This document shows, one piece after another, positions 1 through 14,260 of a stretch of 38,633 nucleotides of DNA. The stretch is from assembly GCA_008636045.1 (NCBI GenBank), contig SNRW01000030.1:1-38633 (forward strand), written 5' to 3'. Within the stretch, counting starts at the first letter, position 1; every line of letters starts with the position of its first letter. The notes beneath the pieces are model-generated. The model was not told where the DNA came from. It worked only from the letters and a program-made list of their open reading frames with translations, and searched no databases. This stretch comes from Streblomastix strix (taxonomy: Eukaryota). Both the position numbers and the translations under genes were made by a program.

Positions 1-654
1 TGGCTGCCGTATGCTAAAAATCATTGATATTCAGATCAATTTGCTACACCTATTCAATTAGCGTGGGCAGATTGATCTGAAAATGAATGATTTTTAACAT
101 ACGGCAAACTTCTTCATACTATACTACAAATATATCCATAATTTACATTTAATTATAAATTATTTATTATTTATTAATTTTTTTAAATTAATATAATTAT
201 ATATTGTAACGAATTGAACAAGACAAAACCAAGACAAGATAAGCAGCTTCATATATCATTCATGAAATATATTAATCCAAAATAAATAATAATATATATT
301 ATTTCGAAATTAATTTATCCAATGGTATTTATTCAATTATGTACAATTTATAACTATTTAAACCAGAAATAAATGGCAAGAGAAAATTATTTCAATTTCA
401 AGATTTTTATCAATATTTTGCACTTCAACTAACATCAATTGATATATTCATACTTTTTAAACATGATTGAATTATTTTATTTATAAAATTTTACGAAGTA
501 TTATATATTTGTGATAATTTACAATTATTTTTATTTCAATTTATTATTTTTTTAATGTTTATCATTATTTTATTTATTATTGGATCATAAATCAGTTATC
601 AATGATTGCTTCCGATGCGTATGCAAACAGAATACCGAATTTTAAGAGTATTCA

Positions 655-1300
655 TCAAAAGTATGGAATTCCTCTTTTAGAAAAAGTTTTATTTTAGAGA
701 GATTCTGACCAATTGGGTATGTTGTAGTAATGCCAAGACTGCGAGATGCACTTGTTTCGATGATGGTTATAGGAGATGCAGAATAGATAATGGGAGTGGG
801 TGTTGGTAAAGCCTTTCTTTTGCATAAAGATTGATTCTTATCTGAACTTCTCTATAAACTAAAATATTCATAATGAAGTTCTATTTAAAAAGAGTTTAGA
901 TATTTTAACTTTAAAACTTAAATTTATTTCATAATTATAATATATGAATTCTCAATTATATATATTAACATACAAACTGCATCGATCGTATTGAACAGAT
1001 GTTACTGATTGCAATACCGAACGGAATACATTGAATAATAATTGAAGTTATCTAAAGAATGATTTTGATGGATAGATAGTGTAGAAAGGTTTTATATTGG
1101 AGACTAATGGTGTTGAGTGTTTGAGTGAATTTGAGAGTTGTGAAGATTGGAGATGTGTTAGAGAGGGTTTGTATTGTTATGAGATATATGGATTATGTTT
1201 GTTGATGAAGATTGAGTACTTATCAATTAACAGATCACTTTCTGTTAAGAGCAACAATGAATTTGCTTTTGATTTAACTGGAATAACAGAGATTTGATTT
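655..1300 (-). CDS. Unknown spliced gene (gene B) copy 1, two 3' exons; start not identified
   Basis: With TAA/TAG=Gln the frame reads QISVIPVKSK...YDRC, then a gtttgt..aaatag intron (~880-977), then KLHYEY...PTPTPIIYS...KRGIPYF-TGA. Conserved across array units. Confidence 0.5.
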
Positions 1301-1651
1301 TATTATTTGTTGTAATTATAAATTGTTTTCTTATTTTATTGATTAAATTATATAATGAAATTAACTCTTATTAGAGGTTAAGAATTAAATATACAATTTT
1401 CTATATTTTTTTTTATTTTAAAAATAAAATATATTATATTTAAATATTAACGAAAATCGCGCATTTGAGGTGAACAAAGCATTTTTATTAAATAAGGATA
1501 TATTCAATGAAAAAAAAAAGATTGTTTATTTATTATGTTTGACAATTATATTATATTTGTTTATTTGAACAAATTATAAAAGAATCTGAGAATATGGAAC
1601 AATGAATCAAATTATTCAGTTTTAGAACAAATAGAACTTTGATGATTAAGT

Positions 1652-2698
1652 TCACCATTACACAGATTTTTCATTTGCAAATTGATTTGAAGTTGGAGCC
1701 AGTAGTTACTTCAATGACAGAATGGTGCAAGAAGATCCATAATAGTCCAAGCTCACCTAACAAATTAATTTAATAATAATAAATTTATTAATCTAATAAA
1801 TAATTTTAATTTTATACAATGAATCTTACTTTCTCTTTTATTCCAGAGAAGTAGACTGGTTATTGAACATTGTCTATGAATAAGATCAATGTTCCTTTAA
1901 ATGAATCAAATTCAAGTCTCAATATCTGATCGTCGTTGAATCTTTCATTGCCATAAGTTCCTTTTCCTTTATAAAAAACAGAATATCCACTTCCATTAAT
2001 AACGAATTAATAAATAATATTTTATTGAATAAATTATTTATTTATTCAAACTCTCCTTAGAATGCAGCAATATGATCAGTATCTAAATAATTATAATAAT
2101 TAATAAATTTTATAAACAAATAAAAAATGGATAAACAAACGAGGTTTCTTCCAAAATTAAGTATTTGCAGGAATATCATATGAATCACGAACAATGCCAA
2201 TAGCTGAATAAGAAAATAATGGGAATATAAAATTTTATAAGCAAATATTCAAACCAGCAGTTCCATTTGTACTCTATAACATAGCTTCTAATGACCAAAT
2301 CCCATTATCAAGAACTTAATCTAATGAGATTGTACTCTTTCCAAAATCAATCATATTTATCTTCTTCTGGACATCATCAATTTCAACCAATTCAACACAA
2401 TCAGGATCATTGTTGATAATCGAAATAGGATAATCTGAATTAAATGAAATAGAATAAAATTAAAATAAAAATTATTTAAAATAATAAATTTAATTTAATT
2501 TAATTCTTTATTTATACTTAATTATTCCACTATTTTCATGAATCGTGAATGTTTCATCAGTTTGTGAGTCTTCTTACACACACCCAGGAACTGCACAGCA
2601 TTGGATATCAATCTGATTTCTGATAAAACAATCAGTAAGACATCTGGTCCAACTCCTGGTAATCCATCAATTATATTGTACTCATTCGGAACTGTCAT
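1652..2698 (-). CDS. F-box-like + B30.2/SPRY-like protein, copy 1 (6 exons)
   Basis: ATG 2698 MTVPNEY..LPGVGPDVLLIVLSEI..VCKKTHKL (F-box-like). GT-AG introns. Later exons GIWSLEAM, IGIVRDSY, LRLEFDSFKGTLILFIDNVQQPV (SPRY-like), ending SVQW-TGA. Confidence 0.8.
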
Positions 2699-3604
2699 TG
2701 AAGAGATTCTGAACACATATTTATAAAATGAAAGTAAGTAAAAAATTTTAAATTTTTATTCAGTAAAAAAAAAGAAAAAAAAAGTTTATTTTTATTTTTT
2801 ATTCAAAAATGATGTTATATAGTAATAAATGAAGCTGCAGAAGTTGAATATACAATAATATATATTGATTAAGTAAAAATATAAAAATTTGTAAAGAAAT
2901 TCCAAATGGGGATATGCAGCAAAATAGTTTTTTATTAATTTTATTATTTTGATAATAAATTAAAATGAATGAATATGAAGTTATAAAATTTGAATGTAAA
3001 ATCAGAATATATTATCAGAATTGCAGGCACTAGAAAAGTTACGAAATGGGCGGCGTGTAAATCAAATACTAAAATTTGGAATTTTTAACAAATCTTGAAC
3101 TTGTTCATAGATGAATATTTCCATAATTTACATTTAATAATAAACTATTTATTATTTATTATTTATTAATTTTTTAAATTAATATAATTATATATTATAA
3201 CTAATTGAACAAGACAAAACCAAGATAAGATAAGCAGCTTCATATATCATTCATTAAATATATTTCGCCAATATAAATAGTTTTATTTTAGTTCAATTGT
3301 TAATAATCCATTAGTTTTTATTCAATTTTACACAATTTGTTACTGTTTAAAACAGAAATAAATAGCAAGAGGAAATTATTTCAATTTTAAGATTATTATT
3401 ATTAATTTGCTCTTCATCTAACTTCGGTTGATATATTCATACTTTATAAACACGATTTAATTATTTTATTTATAAATAATTTACGGATTATTATATATTT
3501 GTGCTAAATTACAATTATTTTATTTATTATTGGATCATAAATCAGTTATCAATGAGTGCTTCCGATGAACATTCAACCAGAATACTAAATTTTAAGAGTA
3601 TTCA

Positions 3605-4250
3605 TCAAAAGTTTGGAATTCCACTTTGAGATTTACTTTTATTTTAGAGAGATTCTGACCAATTGGGTATGTTGTAGTAATGCCAAGACTGCGAGATGCA
3701 CTTGTTTCGATGATGGTTATAGGAGATGCAGAATAGATAATGAGAGTGGGTGTTAGTAAAGCCTTTCTTTTGCATAATGATTGATTCTTATCTGATCACC
3801 TCTTAAAGTAAAAATATTCATAATGAAATTCTATTTAGAAAGAGTTTGGATATTTTAACTTTAAAACTTAAATATATTTCATAATTATAATATATCATTT
3901 CTCAATTATTTATATTAACATACAAACTGCATCGATCGTATTGAACAGATGTTACTAATTTCAATACAGAACGCAATTGATTGAATAATATTTGAAGTTA
4001 TCAAAAGAATGATTTTGATGGATAGTTAGTGTAGAAAGGTTTTATATTGGAGACTAATGGTGTTGAGTGTTTGAGTGAATTTGAGAGTCGTGAAGATTGG
4101 AGATGTGTTAGAGAAGGTTTGTATTGCTATGAGATATATGAATTATGTCTGTTGATGAAGATTGAGTACTTATCAATTAACGAAATGATTTCTGTTAAGA
4201 ACAACAATGAATTTGATTTTGATTTAACTTGATCAACATAAATTTAGTTT
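3605..4250 (-). CDS. Gene B copy 2 (3' exons)
   Basis: Near-identical to 655-1300 with the same splice positions and terminal TGA. Confidence 0.45.
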
Positions 4251-4604
4251 CATTATTTATTGAAATAATAAATTATTTACTTTTTTATTTTTCTAACAAA
4301 TTTATTCTATAAAATTTACTATAATAAAAAAATATAGTTAAATCTATCATTTTATCTATTTTTTTTGTTTAAAAGAATAAAATATGTTATATTTGAAAAT
4401 TAACTATAATTATGCTCATGATAATAACAAAGCATTTTTATTGAATAAGGATGTATTCAATGAAAAAAAAAATATTGTTTATTTATTTTTGTTGAAAAGT
4501 TTAATATATTTGTTTATTTGAACAAGTTATTTAAGAATCTGAGCTTATGGAGCAATAATTCAAATTATTCAGTTTTAGAACAAATAGAACTTTGATGATT
4601 AAGT

Positions 4605-5650
4605 TCACCATTGAACAGCTACTTCATTTGCAATATGTTTTGAAGTTGGAGCCATTAGTTACTTCAATGACAGAATGGTGCAAGAAGATCCAGCATAGAT
4701 CATGCTCACCTAACAAATTAATTTAATAACAATAATTTTATTAACCCAATAAATAATTTTATTTTCATACAATGAATCTCACTTTCTCGTTTATTCCAGA
4801 CAAGTACACTGGTTATTGAACATTGTCTACGAATAAGACCAATGTTCCTTTAAATGAATCAAATTCAGCTCTCAAGATCTCATTGTCTTCGAATCCAGTG
4901 TTGCCAAAAGTTCTTTATCCTTTATAGCAAACAGGTAAATATCTTTTAAATATTATATAATTTAGATTTAATAAATTATATTTTAATGGATAAATAATTT
5001 ATTTATTCAAACCCAGAACCGAATGCAGCAATATGATCAGTATCTAAATATTATAATAAATAATAAATTTAATAAATAAATAAAAAAATGGTTAAGCAAA
5101 CGAGGTTTATTCCAATAAAAAGTATTTGCAGGAATATCATATGAATCACGAACAATGCCAATATCTGAATTACAAAATAATGAGAATATAAAAAAATAAT
5201 AATTTCAAACCAGCATCTCCGTATGTACTCTATAACATAGCTTCTAAAGACCAAATCCCATTATTAAGAACTTAATCTAATGAGATTGTACTCTTTCCAA
5301 AATCAATCATATTTATCTTCTTCTGGACATCATCAATATCAATCAAATAAACATAACCAGGATCTTTGTTGATAATCGAAATAGGATAATCTGAATTAAA
5401 TGAAATAGAATAAAATTAAAATTTAAATTATTTAAAATAATTTAATTTAATTTAATTCTTTATTTATACTTAATTATTCCACTATTTTCATGAATCGTGA
5501 ATGTTTCATCAGTTTTTGAGTCTTCTTACACACACCAAGGAACTGCACAGCATTTGATATCAATCTAATTTCAGATAAAACAACCAGTAAGACATCTGGT
5601 CCAACTCCTGCTAATCCATCAATTATATTGTACTCATTCGGAACTGTCAT
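4605..5650 (-). CDS. F-box-like + SPRY-like protein, copy 2
   Basis: Paralogue of 1652-2698 with the same exon structure, ATG 5650 and QW-TGA end. Confidence 0.8.
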
Positions 5651-6594
5651 TGAAGAGATTCTGATTGTAAATTAATAAAATGAAATTAAGTTAATAATTT
5701 TAAATATTTATTCAGTAAAAAGAAAAAAGAAAAGTTTGAAGTTTATTTAAATATGTTTTGTTCTGTTAAATATTATCTAATGAAGCTGCAGAAGTTGAAT
5801 ATATAAAAATAAATATTGATTAAGTCAAAATATAAAAATTTGTAAAGAAATTCCAAATGGGGATATGCAGCAAAATCGTTTTTTATTAATTTTATTATTT
5901 TGACAATAAATTTAAATGAATGAATATGAAGTTATAAAATTTGAATATAAAATTAGAATATACTATCAGAATTGCAGGGCACTAGAAAAGTTACGAAATG
6001 GGCGGCGTGTAAATCAAATACTAAAATTCGGAATTTTTAACAAATCTTGAACTTGTTCATAGATGGATATATAATAGTTTAAATTTAATCATAAAGTATT
6101 TATTATTTATTATTTTTTTTAAATTAATATAATTATATATTATAACTAATTGAACAAGACAAAACCAAGATAAGATAAGCAGCTTCATATATCATTCATT
6201 AAATATATTTTACCAATATTAATAACTTATAACTTATTTTAGTTCAATTGTTAATAATCCATTAGTTTTTATTCAATTTTACACAATTTGTTACTATTTA
6301 AAGCAGAAATAAATGACATGAGAAAATTATTTAAATTTCAAGATTTCTATCATTATTTTCCACTTCAGCAAAAATCAGTTAATATATTCAAACTTTATAA
6401 ACTTGATTAAATTATTTTATTAATTAAATTTTACGAAATATTATATATTTGTGCTAAATTACAATTATTTTTATTTCAATTTATTATTTATTTAGTGTTT
6501 ATCATAATTTTATTTATTATTGGATCATAAATCAGTTATCAATGAGTGCTTCCAATGTGCATTCAACCAGAATATTGAATTTTAAGAGTATTCA

Positions 6595-7240
6595 TCAAAA
6601 GTATGGAATTCCACTTTGAGATATAGTTTAATTTTAGAGAGATTCTGACCAATTGGGTATGTTGTAGTAATGCCAAGACTGCGAGATGCACTTGTTTCGA
6701 TGATGGTTATAGGAGATGCAGAATAGATAATGGGAGTGGGTGGTGTTAAAGCCTTTCTTTTGCATAATGATTGATTCTTATCTGAACTTCTCTTAAAACT
6801 AATATTTTCATAAAGAAGATCTATTTAGAAAGAAATTGCATATTTTAACTTTAAAACTTAAATATATTTCATAATTATAATATATGAATTCTCATTTATA
6901 TATATTAACATACAAACTGCATCGATCGTATTGAACAGATGTTACTGATTGCAATACAGAAGGGAATAGATTGAATAATATTTGAAGTTATCAAAAGAAT
7001 GATTTTGATGGATAGTTAGTGTAGAAAGGTTTTATATTGGAGACTAATGGTGTTGAATGTTTGAGTGAATTTGAGAGTTGTGAAGATTGGAGATGTGTTA
7101 GAGAGGGTTTGTATTGTTATGAGATATATGGATTATGTTTGTTGATGAAGATTGAGTACTTATCAATTAAAAGAACGATTTCTGTTAAGAGAAACACTGA
7201 ATTTGCTTTTGATTTAACTGGAACAACAGATATTTGATTA
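6595..7240 (-). CDS. Gene B copy 3 (3' exons)
   Basis: Near-identical to 655-1300. Confidence 0.45.
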
Positions 7241-7594
7241 TATTATTTGATGTAATTATAAATTGTTTACTTTTTTAATTTTATAACAAATTTATTCAAT
7301 AAAATTAACTCTTATTAGAATTAAAGAATTAAATCTATCATTTTCTCTATTTTTTTGTTTAAAAGAAAAAAATAAATTATATTTAAATATTAACGAAAAT
7401 CGGGCATTTGATGAGAACAATGCATTTTTATTGAATAAGGATGCATTCAATGAAAAAAAAATATTGTTTATTTATTTTGGTTGAAAAGTTTAATATATTT
7501 GTTTATTAGAGCAAATAATAAAATAAAAATGAGCATTTGGAGCAATGATTCAAATTACTCTATTTTTCAGCTAATAGAATTTTTATGTTTTAGT

Positions 7595-8644
7595 TCACCA
7601 TTGAACAGCAACTTCATTTGCAATATGTTTTGAAGTTGGAGCGATTAGTTACTTCAATGATAGAATGGTGCAAGAAGATCCATCAATGAACATGTATATC
7701 TAATAAATTAATTTAATAAAAATAAATTCATTAATATAATAAATAATTTTATTTTCATACAATGAATCTTACTTTCTCGTTTATTCCAGACAAGTACACT
7801 GGTTATTGAACATTGTCTATGAATAAGATCAAAGTTCCTTTAAATGAATCAAATTCAATTCTCAAGATCTGATCGTTTTTGAATGAGTCATTGCCATAAG
7901 TTGCTTTTCCATTATAATAAACATAACTTCAATTCAAACATATTATATAATGATTTATTAAATAATATTTTATTGGATAAATAATTTATTTATTCAAACC
8001 CAGAACAGAATGCTGCAATATTTTCAGTGTCTAAATATTATAATAAATATTAAATTTAATAAAAAATAAAAAAATGGAAAAGCAAACGAGGTTTTTAATA
8101 ATGATTAGCTCCTGCAGGAATATCATAAGAATCACGAACAATGCCAATAGCTGAATAAGAAAATAAAGGGATTGTAAAATTTTATAAGCAAATCTTCAAA
8201 CCAAAAACTTTAAATGAATAATCGAACATAGCTTCAAAAGACCAAATCTCAATATTAAGAACTTGAACTAAAGAGACAGTGCAATCAATATAGTTCTTCT
8301 TTTGTATCTTCTTATGGACACCATCAATATCAAGAAATTTAACACAATCAGGTTCTTTATTGATAATCGATATAGGATAATCTGAATTAAATGAAATAGA
8401 ATAAAATTAAAATTAAATAAATTTAAAATAGTTATTCAATTTAATTTAATTCTTTATTTATACTTAATTATTCCACTATTTTCATGAATCGTGAATGTTT
8501 CATCAGTTTGTGCGTCTTCTTACACACACCCAGGAACTGCACAGCATTTGATATCAATCTAAATTCAGATAAAACAACCAGTAAGACATCTGGTCCAACT
8601 CCTGCTAATCCATCAATGATGTTGTATTCTTTTGGAACTGTCAT
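7595..8644 (-). CDS. F-box-like + SPRY-like protein, copy 3
   Basis: Paralogue with the same exons, ATG 8644 and QW-TGA end. Confidence 0.8.
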
Positions 8645-9590
8645 TGAAGAGATTCTGATTATAAATTAATAAAATGAAATTAAGTAAATAATTTTAAATA
8701 CTTATTTAGTAAAAAATATAAAAAAGAAAAGTTTGAAGATTATTTAATATGTTTTGTTCTGTTAAATATTATATAATGAAGCTGCAGAAGTTGAATATAT
8801 AAAAATATATATTGATTAAGTGAAAATGTAAAAATTTGTAAAGAAATTCCAAATGGTGATATGCAGCAAAATAGTTTTTTATTAATTTTATTATTTTGAC
8901 AATAAATTAAAATGAATGAATATGAAGTTATAAAATTAGAATATAAAATTAGAATATACTATCAGAATTGCAGGGCACTAGGAAAGTTACGAAATGGGCG
9001 GCGAGTAAATCAAATACTAAAATTCAGAATTTTTAACAATTCTTGAACTTGTTCATAGATGAATATATTTATTATTTAGATTTAATTATAAAGTATTTAT
9101 TATTTATTAATTTTTTAAATTAATATAATTATATATTATATCTAATTGAGCAAGACAAAACCAAGATAAAATAAGCAGCTTCTTAAATCATTCATTAAAT
9201 ATATTTTACCAATATTAATAACTTTTAACTTATTTTAGTTTAATTGTTAAAAATCCATTAGTTTTTATTCAATTTTACACAATTTGTTACTATTTAAAGC
9301 AGAAATAAATGGCATGAGAAAATTATTTCAATTTCAAGATTTTTATCAATATTTTGCACTTCTACTAACATCAATTGATATATTTATACTTTTAAAACAT
9401 GATAGAGTTATTATATTTAAGAATTATTAATAAATATAATATATATTTCTGTTAAATATCAATTATTTTTATTTTTCTTATTTATTTAGTGTTTATCATA
9501 ATTTTATTTATTAATAGATCATAAATCAGTTATCAATGAGAGTGCTTTCGATGAGCATTCAAACAGAATACTGAATTTTAAGAGCATTCA

Positions 9591-10236
9591 TCAAAAGTTT
9601 GGAATTCCTCCTTTTGAAAAAGTTTTATTTTAGAGAGATTCTGACCAATTGGGTATGTTGTAGTAATGCCAAGACTGCGAGATGCACTTGTTTCGATGAT
9701 CGTTATAGGAGATGCAGAATAGATAATGAGAGTGGGTGGTGTTAAATCATTTCTTTTGCATAATGATTGATTCTTATCTGAACTTCTCTTAAAGCAAAAA
9801 TATTCATAAATAAGTTCTATTTAGAAAGAGTTTGGATATTTTAATTTTAAAACTTAAATATATTTCATAATGATAAAATACCAATATTCAATTATATATA
9901 TTAACATACAAACTGCATCGATCGTATTGAACAGATTATACTGATTGCAATAAAGAACGGAATACATTGAATAATATTTGAAGTTATCTAAAGAATGATT
10001 TTGATGGATAGCTAGTGTAGAAAGGTTTTATATTGGAGACTAATGGTGTTGAATGTTTGAGTGAATTTGAGAGTTGTGAAGATTGGAGATGTGTTAGAGA
10101 AGGTTTGTATTGTTATGAGATATATGGATTATGTTTGTTGATAAAGATTGAGTACTTATCAATTAACCGATCGCTTTCTGTTAAGAGCAACACTGAATTT
10201 GCTTTTGATTTAACTGAAACAATAGAGATTTGAATT
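9591..10236 (-). CDS. Gene B copy 4 (3' exons)
   Basis: Near-identical to 655-1300. Confidence 0.45.
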
Positions 10237-10587
10237 TATTATTTGTTATTATTTAAAAATTTTTTCTTTTTTATTTTATAACAAATTTATTAAATAAAAT
10301 TAACTCTAATTAAAAAATTAATTAAATCTATCATTTTCTATATTTTATTTAGGTTAAGTAAATAAATTCTATTATATTTAAATACTAACTATAATCATGC
10401 TCATGATGAGAACAGAACATTTATTATCGAATATGGTTGTACTCAATGAAAAAAGAGATTGTTTATTTATTTTGGTTGAAAAATTTAATATATTTGTTTA
10501 TTAAAGAAATAATAAAATAAAATGAGCATATGGAACAATGATTCAAATTATTCTATTTTTCAGCTAATAGAATTTTGATGATTAAGT

Positions 10588-11634
10588 TCACCATTGAACA
10601 GCAACTTCATTTGCAATATGTTTTGAAGTTGGAGCAATTAGTTACTTCAATGATAGAATGGTGCAAAAAGATCCACCATTGATCATATATACCTAACAAA
10701 TTAATTTAATAAAAATAAATTTATTAATATAATAAATAATTTTAATTTTATACAATAAATCTCACTTTCTCTTTAATTCCAGACAAGTACACTGGTTATT
10801 GAACATTGTCTATGAATAAGATCAATGTTTCTTTAAATGAATCTAATTCAAGTCTCAAGATCTGATTGCCTTTGAATCTGTCATTGCCATCAGTTGCTTT
10901 TCCTTTATAGTAAACATAACTTCAATTCAAAAATATTATATAATGATTTAATAAATTATATTTTATTGAATAAATAATTTATTTATTCAAACCCATAACG
11001 GAATGCTGCAATATGATCATTATCTAAATATTCAAATTAATAATAAATTTAACAAATAATAAATAATGCATAAGCAAACGAGGATAATCATGATAATAAA
11101 CATTTGCAGGTATATCATATGAATTACGAACTATGCCAATAGCTGAATAACAAAATAATGAGAAATTAAAAATTGAAAAAATATAATTTCAAACCAGCAT
11201 TTCCTCCAAATTTATCATCGAATATAGCTTCAAAAGACCAAATCCCATTATCAAGAACTTAATCTAATGAGATTGTGCAAAATCCAAATTTATTCTTTTA
11301 TATCTTCTTCTGGACATCATCAATATTAAGAAATTCTAAACAATCATGATCTATATTAATGGTCTAAATAGGATAATCTGAATTAAATGAAATAGAACAA
11401 AATTAAAATTAAATATATTTAAAATAGTAAATTCTTTATTTCTTTATTTATACTTAATTATTCCACTATTTTCATGAATCGTGAATGTTTCATCAGTCGA
11501 TGCGTCTTCTTACACACACCCAGGAACCGGACAGCATTTGATATCAATCTAAATTCTGATAATAATTCTAGCATGATATTTTCACCAAGACCAAGTAATC
11601 CATCAATTATATTGTACTCCTTCGGAACTGTCAT
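10588..11634 (-). CDS. F-box-like + SPRY-like protein, copy 4
   Basis: Paralogue with the same exons, ATG 11634 and QW-TGA end. Confidence 0.8.
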
Positions 11635-12642
11635 TGAAAAAAATCTGAACGCATATTTATAAAATTAAAGTAAGTAAAAAATTTTAAATATTTATTCAGT
11701 AAAAAAGAAAAAAAGTTTATTTTTATTTTTTATTCAAAAATGATGTTATATAGTAATAAATGAGGTTGTCAATGTTGAATAAATATAAAAATAAATATTG
11801 ATTAAGTGAAAATATAAAAATTTGTAAAGAAATTTCAAATGGTGATATGCAGCAAAATCGTTTTTTATTAATTTTATTATTTTGACAATAAATTAAAATG
11901 AATGAATATGAAGTTATAATATTTGAATGTAAAATCAGAATATACTATCAGAATTGCAGGGCATAAGAAAAGCTACGAAATGGGCGGCGTGTAAATCAAA
12001 TACTAAAATTCGGAATTTTTAATAATTCTTGAACTTGTTCATAGATGAATATATCCATAGTTTACATTTAATCATAAACTATTTATTATTTATTAATTTT
12101 TTAAATTAATATAATTATATACCATAATCAATAAAACAAGATAGAATCGAAATAATATAAACAGCTTCATATAATATTCATGAAATGTATTTAACCAGTA
12201 TTAAAAGTTTTATTTTATTAAAATTATAAATGATCCTATATTTTTTATTCATTATAGCACGATTTATAACTATTCAAACTAGAAATAAATGGCAAGAGAA
12301 AATTATTTCAATTTCAAGATTTCTTTCATTAATTTGCACTTCAACAAACATCACGTAATATATTCATACTTAATTAACGTGATAAAATTAAATTATTTAT
12401 AAAATATTACGAAATGTTATATATTTGTGCTAAATTACAATTATTTTTATTTCAATTTATTATTTATTTAGTGTTTATCATTATTTTATTTATTATAGAA
12501 ATAAAATTTCTTCTTCAGTTAGTACTACCGAAGCGTGTTCAAACAGAATACTGAATTTTAAGAGTATTCATCAAAAGTATGGAATTCCTCTTTTAGAAAA
12601 AATTTTATTTATTGAGAGATTTTGACCAATTGGGTATATTGT

Positions 12643-12734
12643 TGTTACATTCCACGTATCAGTGAGTATTACCTTTATTATGAGACTGTCAATGATACAA
12701 TGGGTCCAGTTAAACAAACCCAAAAAATATTCAC
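12643..12734. repeat. DIRS terminal inverted repeat (element 3' end)
   Basis: tacctttattatgagactgtcaatgatacaatgggtccagt is the reverse complement, with few mismatches, of ~18325-18366. Confidence 0.9.
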
Positions 12735-13190
12735 AAAGTATTAAATTTAACGATTTTGGTAAATAAATAAACAAATATAATAACTTAAATTTAACATTAA
12801 CATAAAAGCAAATTCAAAAATTATTAAAAGCATTTTTATCAAGTCCTGCCTTTATGATTGACTGGTTAAAGGATAGTACAGTGTATTTCTTATCTTATTT
12901 CTCATCCTTCTTTCTCTGGTTTAACTTGCGATAAAATAATAATATAAATAATATTAAAGAAACGAATAACTGGATAAGAAATTCAACAAAATAAAATTAA
13001 CAGTGTTATGCATTCTAAATTATAACTGTTAAATAAATAAATAAATAACCAAACAAAACAAATTAAATTAAATTAAAATTAAATAACACTCATTAAATAC
13101 TCCTTTGGGTTGGATATGAACTGAACAATCATTTTCATTGTTGAGGTTATTATGTTTATGTGAAGTTCAATTAAGGGTTGGTAGAAGGTT

Positions 13191-13293
13191 GTACTCACTG
13201 ATACGTGGAATGCTACGATAACCACTACGATCCAATACGTAGTTATCTATGCATCCACTTAATCAGCTCGTACTACCTTTATTATGAGACTGT
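13191..13293. repeat. DIRS internal complementary region (ICR)
   Basis: tactcactgatacgtggaatg is the reverse complement of 12648-12668. The following ataacc...tacgtagttatctatgcatccacttaatcagctcgtactacc is the reverse complement of the right end (~18347-18421). Confidence 0.92.
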
Positions 13294-13296
13294 ACA

Positions 13297-14260
13297 TCAT
13301 TCAAAGTTTGAAAGTCTCTCACGTATTCTATCATTTAGATTTCTGTCATAATGTCCTTAGATAATTCCAGAACCATCTGCATGCATTGAGAAGCGATCAA
13401 TTTCGTATTTTGTTGCTCCTTAGTCTATTCCTTTTGTAATGGCTGATTTGCGAATAGAAGTCATTGTCTCTTTCTTCTCAATTCCGACCGAATTCATTAC
13501 CATGTGGACTGCTTTAGACATTTTTTCATATGATTCGATCTTTTTCTTCGATGGAAGCCACCATAATGGCTATTCTTCGTTCTGTCTGTTTCGCCTCGTT
13601 AACCATGGTGAAACCCAAGTTGTTGGGCACACAGCTTTGTTCAATAGCGGATGAAATGTTAGAGAAACTGCAACTCCAATTCCTTTATATTTCGGAGTAT
13701 GTAGACTCCATGCTCCTTTCTATTCTTTTGTAAGTGAAGCTCTGTGAATTTCAGCTAATCTTAATGTTGAAAATGCCATTATGGATGCTACTGTACAACC
13801 GAGATGTTTTTATTCATCTAATTCTTGATTTAATTCAAATTATTATTATAAATATCTTAGAGTTATATCCAATTTGAATACTAGTTCTTCTTTTCTTTCT
13901 TTTCTCATTGCTGTTTGTGGTTTCTTCATGATTTGGTGTAAAGCCACTCCATTTATCTTCTCGCATTATATTCCTTGAAGTTTGAATAACATGCAGATGG
14001 CTGTTCTACAGTTCGTTTGATTTGAATCAGTTGACTTTTCTTCACCAAGTTGTGCGATAAAGTTAACAATAATTATCTCAGGATCTTCTACATAGAGTAG
14101 TTCCTCCTTTTCCTTTCCAAGACTTGCCCAATACTCATAAATTTGACCTGATCGTTGTCTATGTCGACCCCAGATTGTGTGCCAACCATCAATCACTTTC
14201 TATACAACGGTATCTGTTAATCCTCGCTATTTTAGTACCAATCTAAATAATTCCTCTCCT
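13297..14260 (-). CDS. Tyrosine recombinase domain (C-terminal part of the long gag-frame ORF)
   Basis: Motifs FSTLRLAEI, VCPTTW, TSIRKSA, FSMH and GHYD, ending at TGA 13297-13299. Several in-frame TAA/TAG are read as Gln. Confidence 0.88.

Noticed and set aside
1097..1297. Repeated plus-strand ORF METNGVECLSEF... (also 4047, 7037, 10033)
   Set aside because: It has a TTG start that is lost in copy 5, and it lies antisense to a longer spliced minus-strand frame. Its conservation follows from the tandem duplication.
8484..8669. Plus-strand ORFs MNRECFIS... (also 11474, 20224)
   Set aside because: Antisense shadows of exon 1 of the F-box-like/SPRY genes.
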